DNA from: Podarcis filfolensis
Lineage: Eukaryota
Reading direction: 5' to 3' (one strand)
NCBI GenBank assembly: GCA_964270895.1
Contig: OZ185443.1
Length of the DNA: 64,000 nt
The notes under the pieces were generated by a model. That model was not told where the DNA came from and did no database searches. It saw only the letters and a list, made by a program, of their open reading frames with translations. Positions 63,766 through 64,000 of this stretch are shown here, one piece after another. The position numbers and the translations under genes are program-made. The first letter of the stretch is position 1, and each line of letters starts with the position of its first letter.

Positions 63766-64000
63766 TACTTCCCAACATCCCATTTTCACGACCTTCCTAA
63801 TACCACTCCTGCATCTGAGTCGGCTAGGAGGAAACCTGTTACTTCTCAAGGGGCCAGAGCTGTCCTTTGGGAATTATCCAATTGCTGGTGCAATTTACTT
63901 CTTTTTACCCTTGTTTTCTCTGGGTTGTTGTTGTTTTTTATTTAAAAAAAGCTTTTAAATTCAGTGCTATAGTTGATTAATAGGCCCACTTAGCAATGTA

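Overview
Vertebrate genomic DNA. The repeat content (Sauria-type and Squam3-type SINEs, CR1, L2, Penelope, hAT and Tc1/pogo MITEs) points to a squamate, probably a lacertid lizard; this is inferred from remembered consensus sequences. The window holds the tandem, head-to-tail soluble guanylate cyclase (NO receptor) locus on the minus strand. GUCY1A1 is complete: 8 coding exons, all with GT-AG boundaries, 2061 nt / 686 aa, ATG at 41534, stop at 27132, and a CpG-island promoter at about 58.5-59.9 kb. It is followed by the 5' end of GUCY1B1: CpG island at about 14.2-15.75 kb, ATG-only first coding exon and exon 2; later exons were not found and presumably lie left of the window. The rest is intronic or intergenic DNA rich in transposon remnants. 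I found no new protein-coding system. The best leads are: (1) a Penelope-derived hammerhead ribozyme with an intact core about 0.7 kb upstream of the GUCY1B1 ATG, on the divergent strand; (2) an identical CCAATCGGAAG motif followed by a G-tract in both subunit promoters; (3) a SINE with a 57-59 bp target-site duplication; (4) an inverted Penelope insertion; (5) a MITE carrying ETS and NRF1-like motifs just 3' of GUCY1A1; (6) candidate uORFs in the GUCY1A1 leader. Comparisons with human proteins and repeat consensuses are from memory and need database confirmation.
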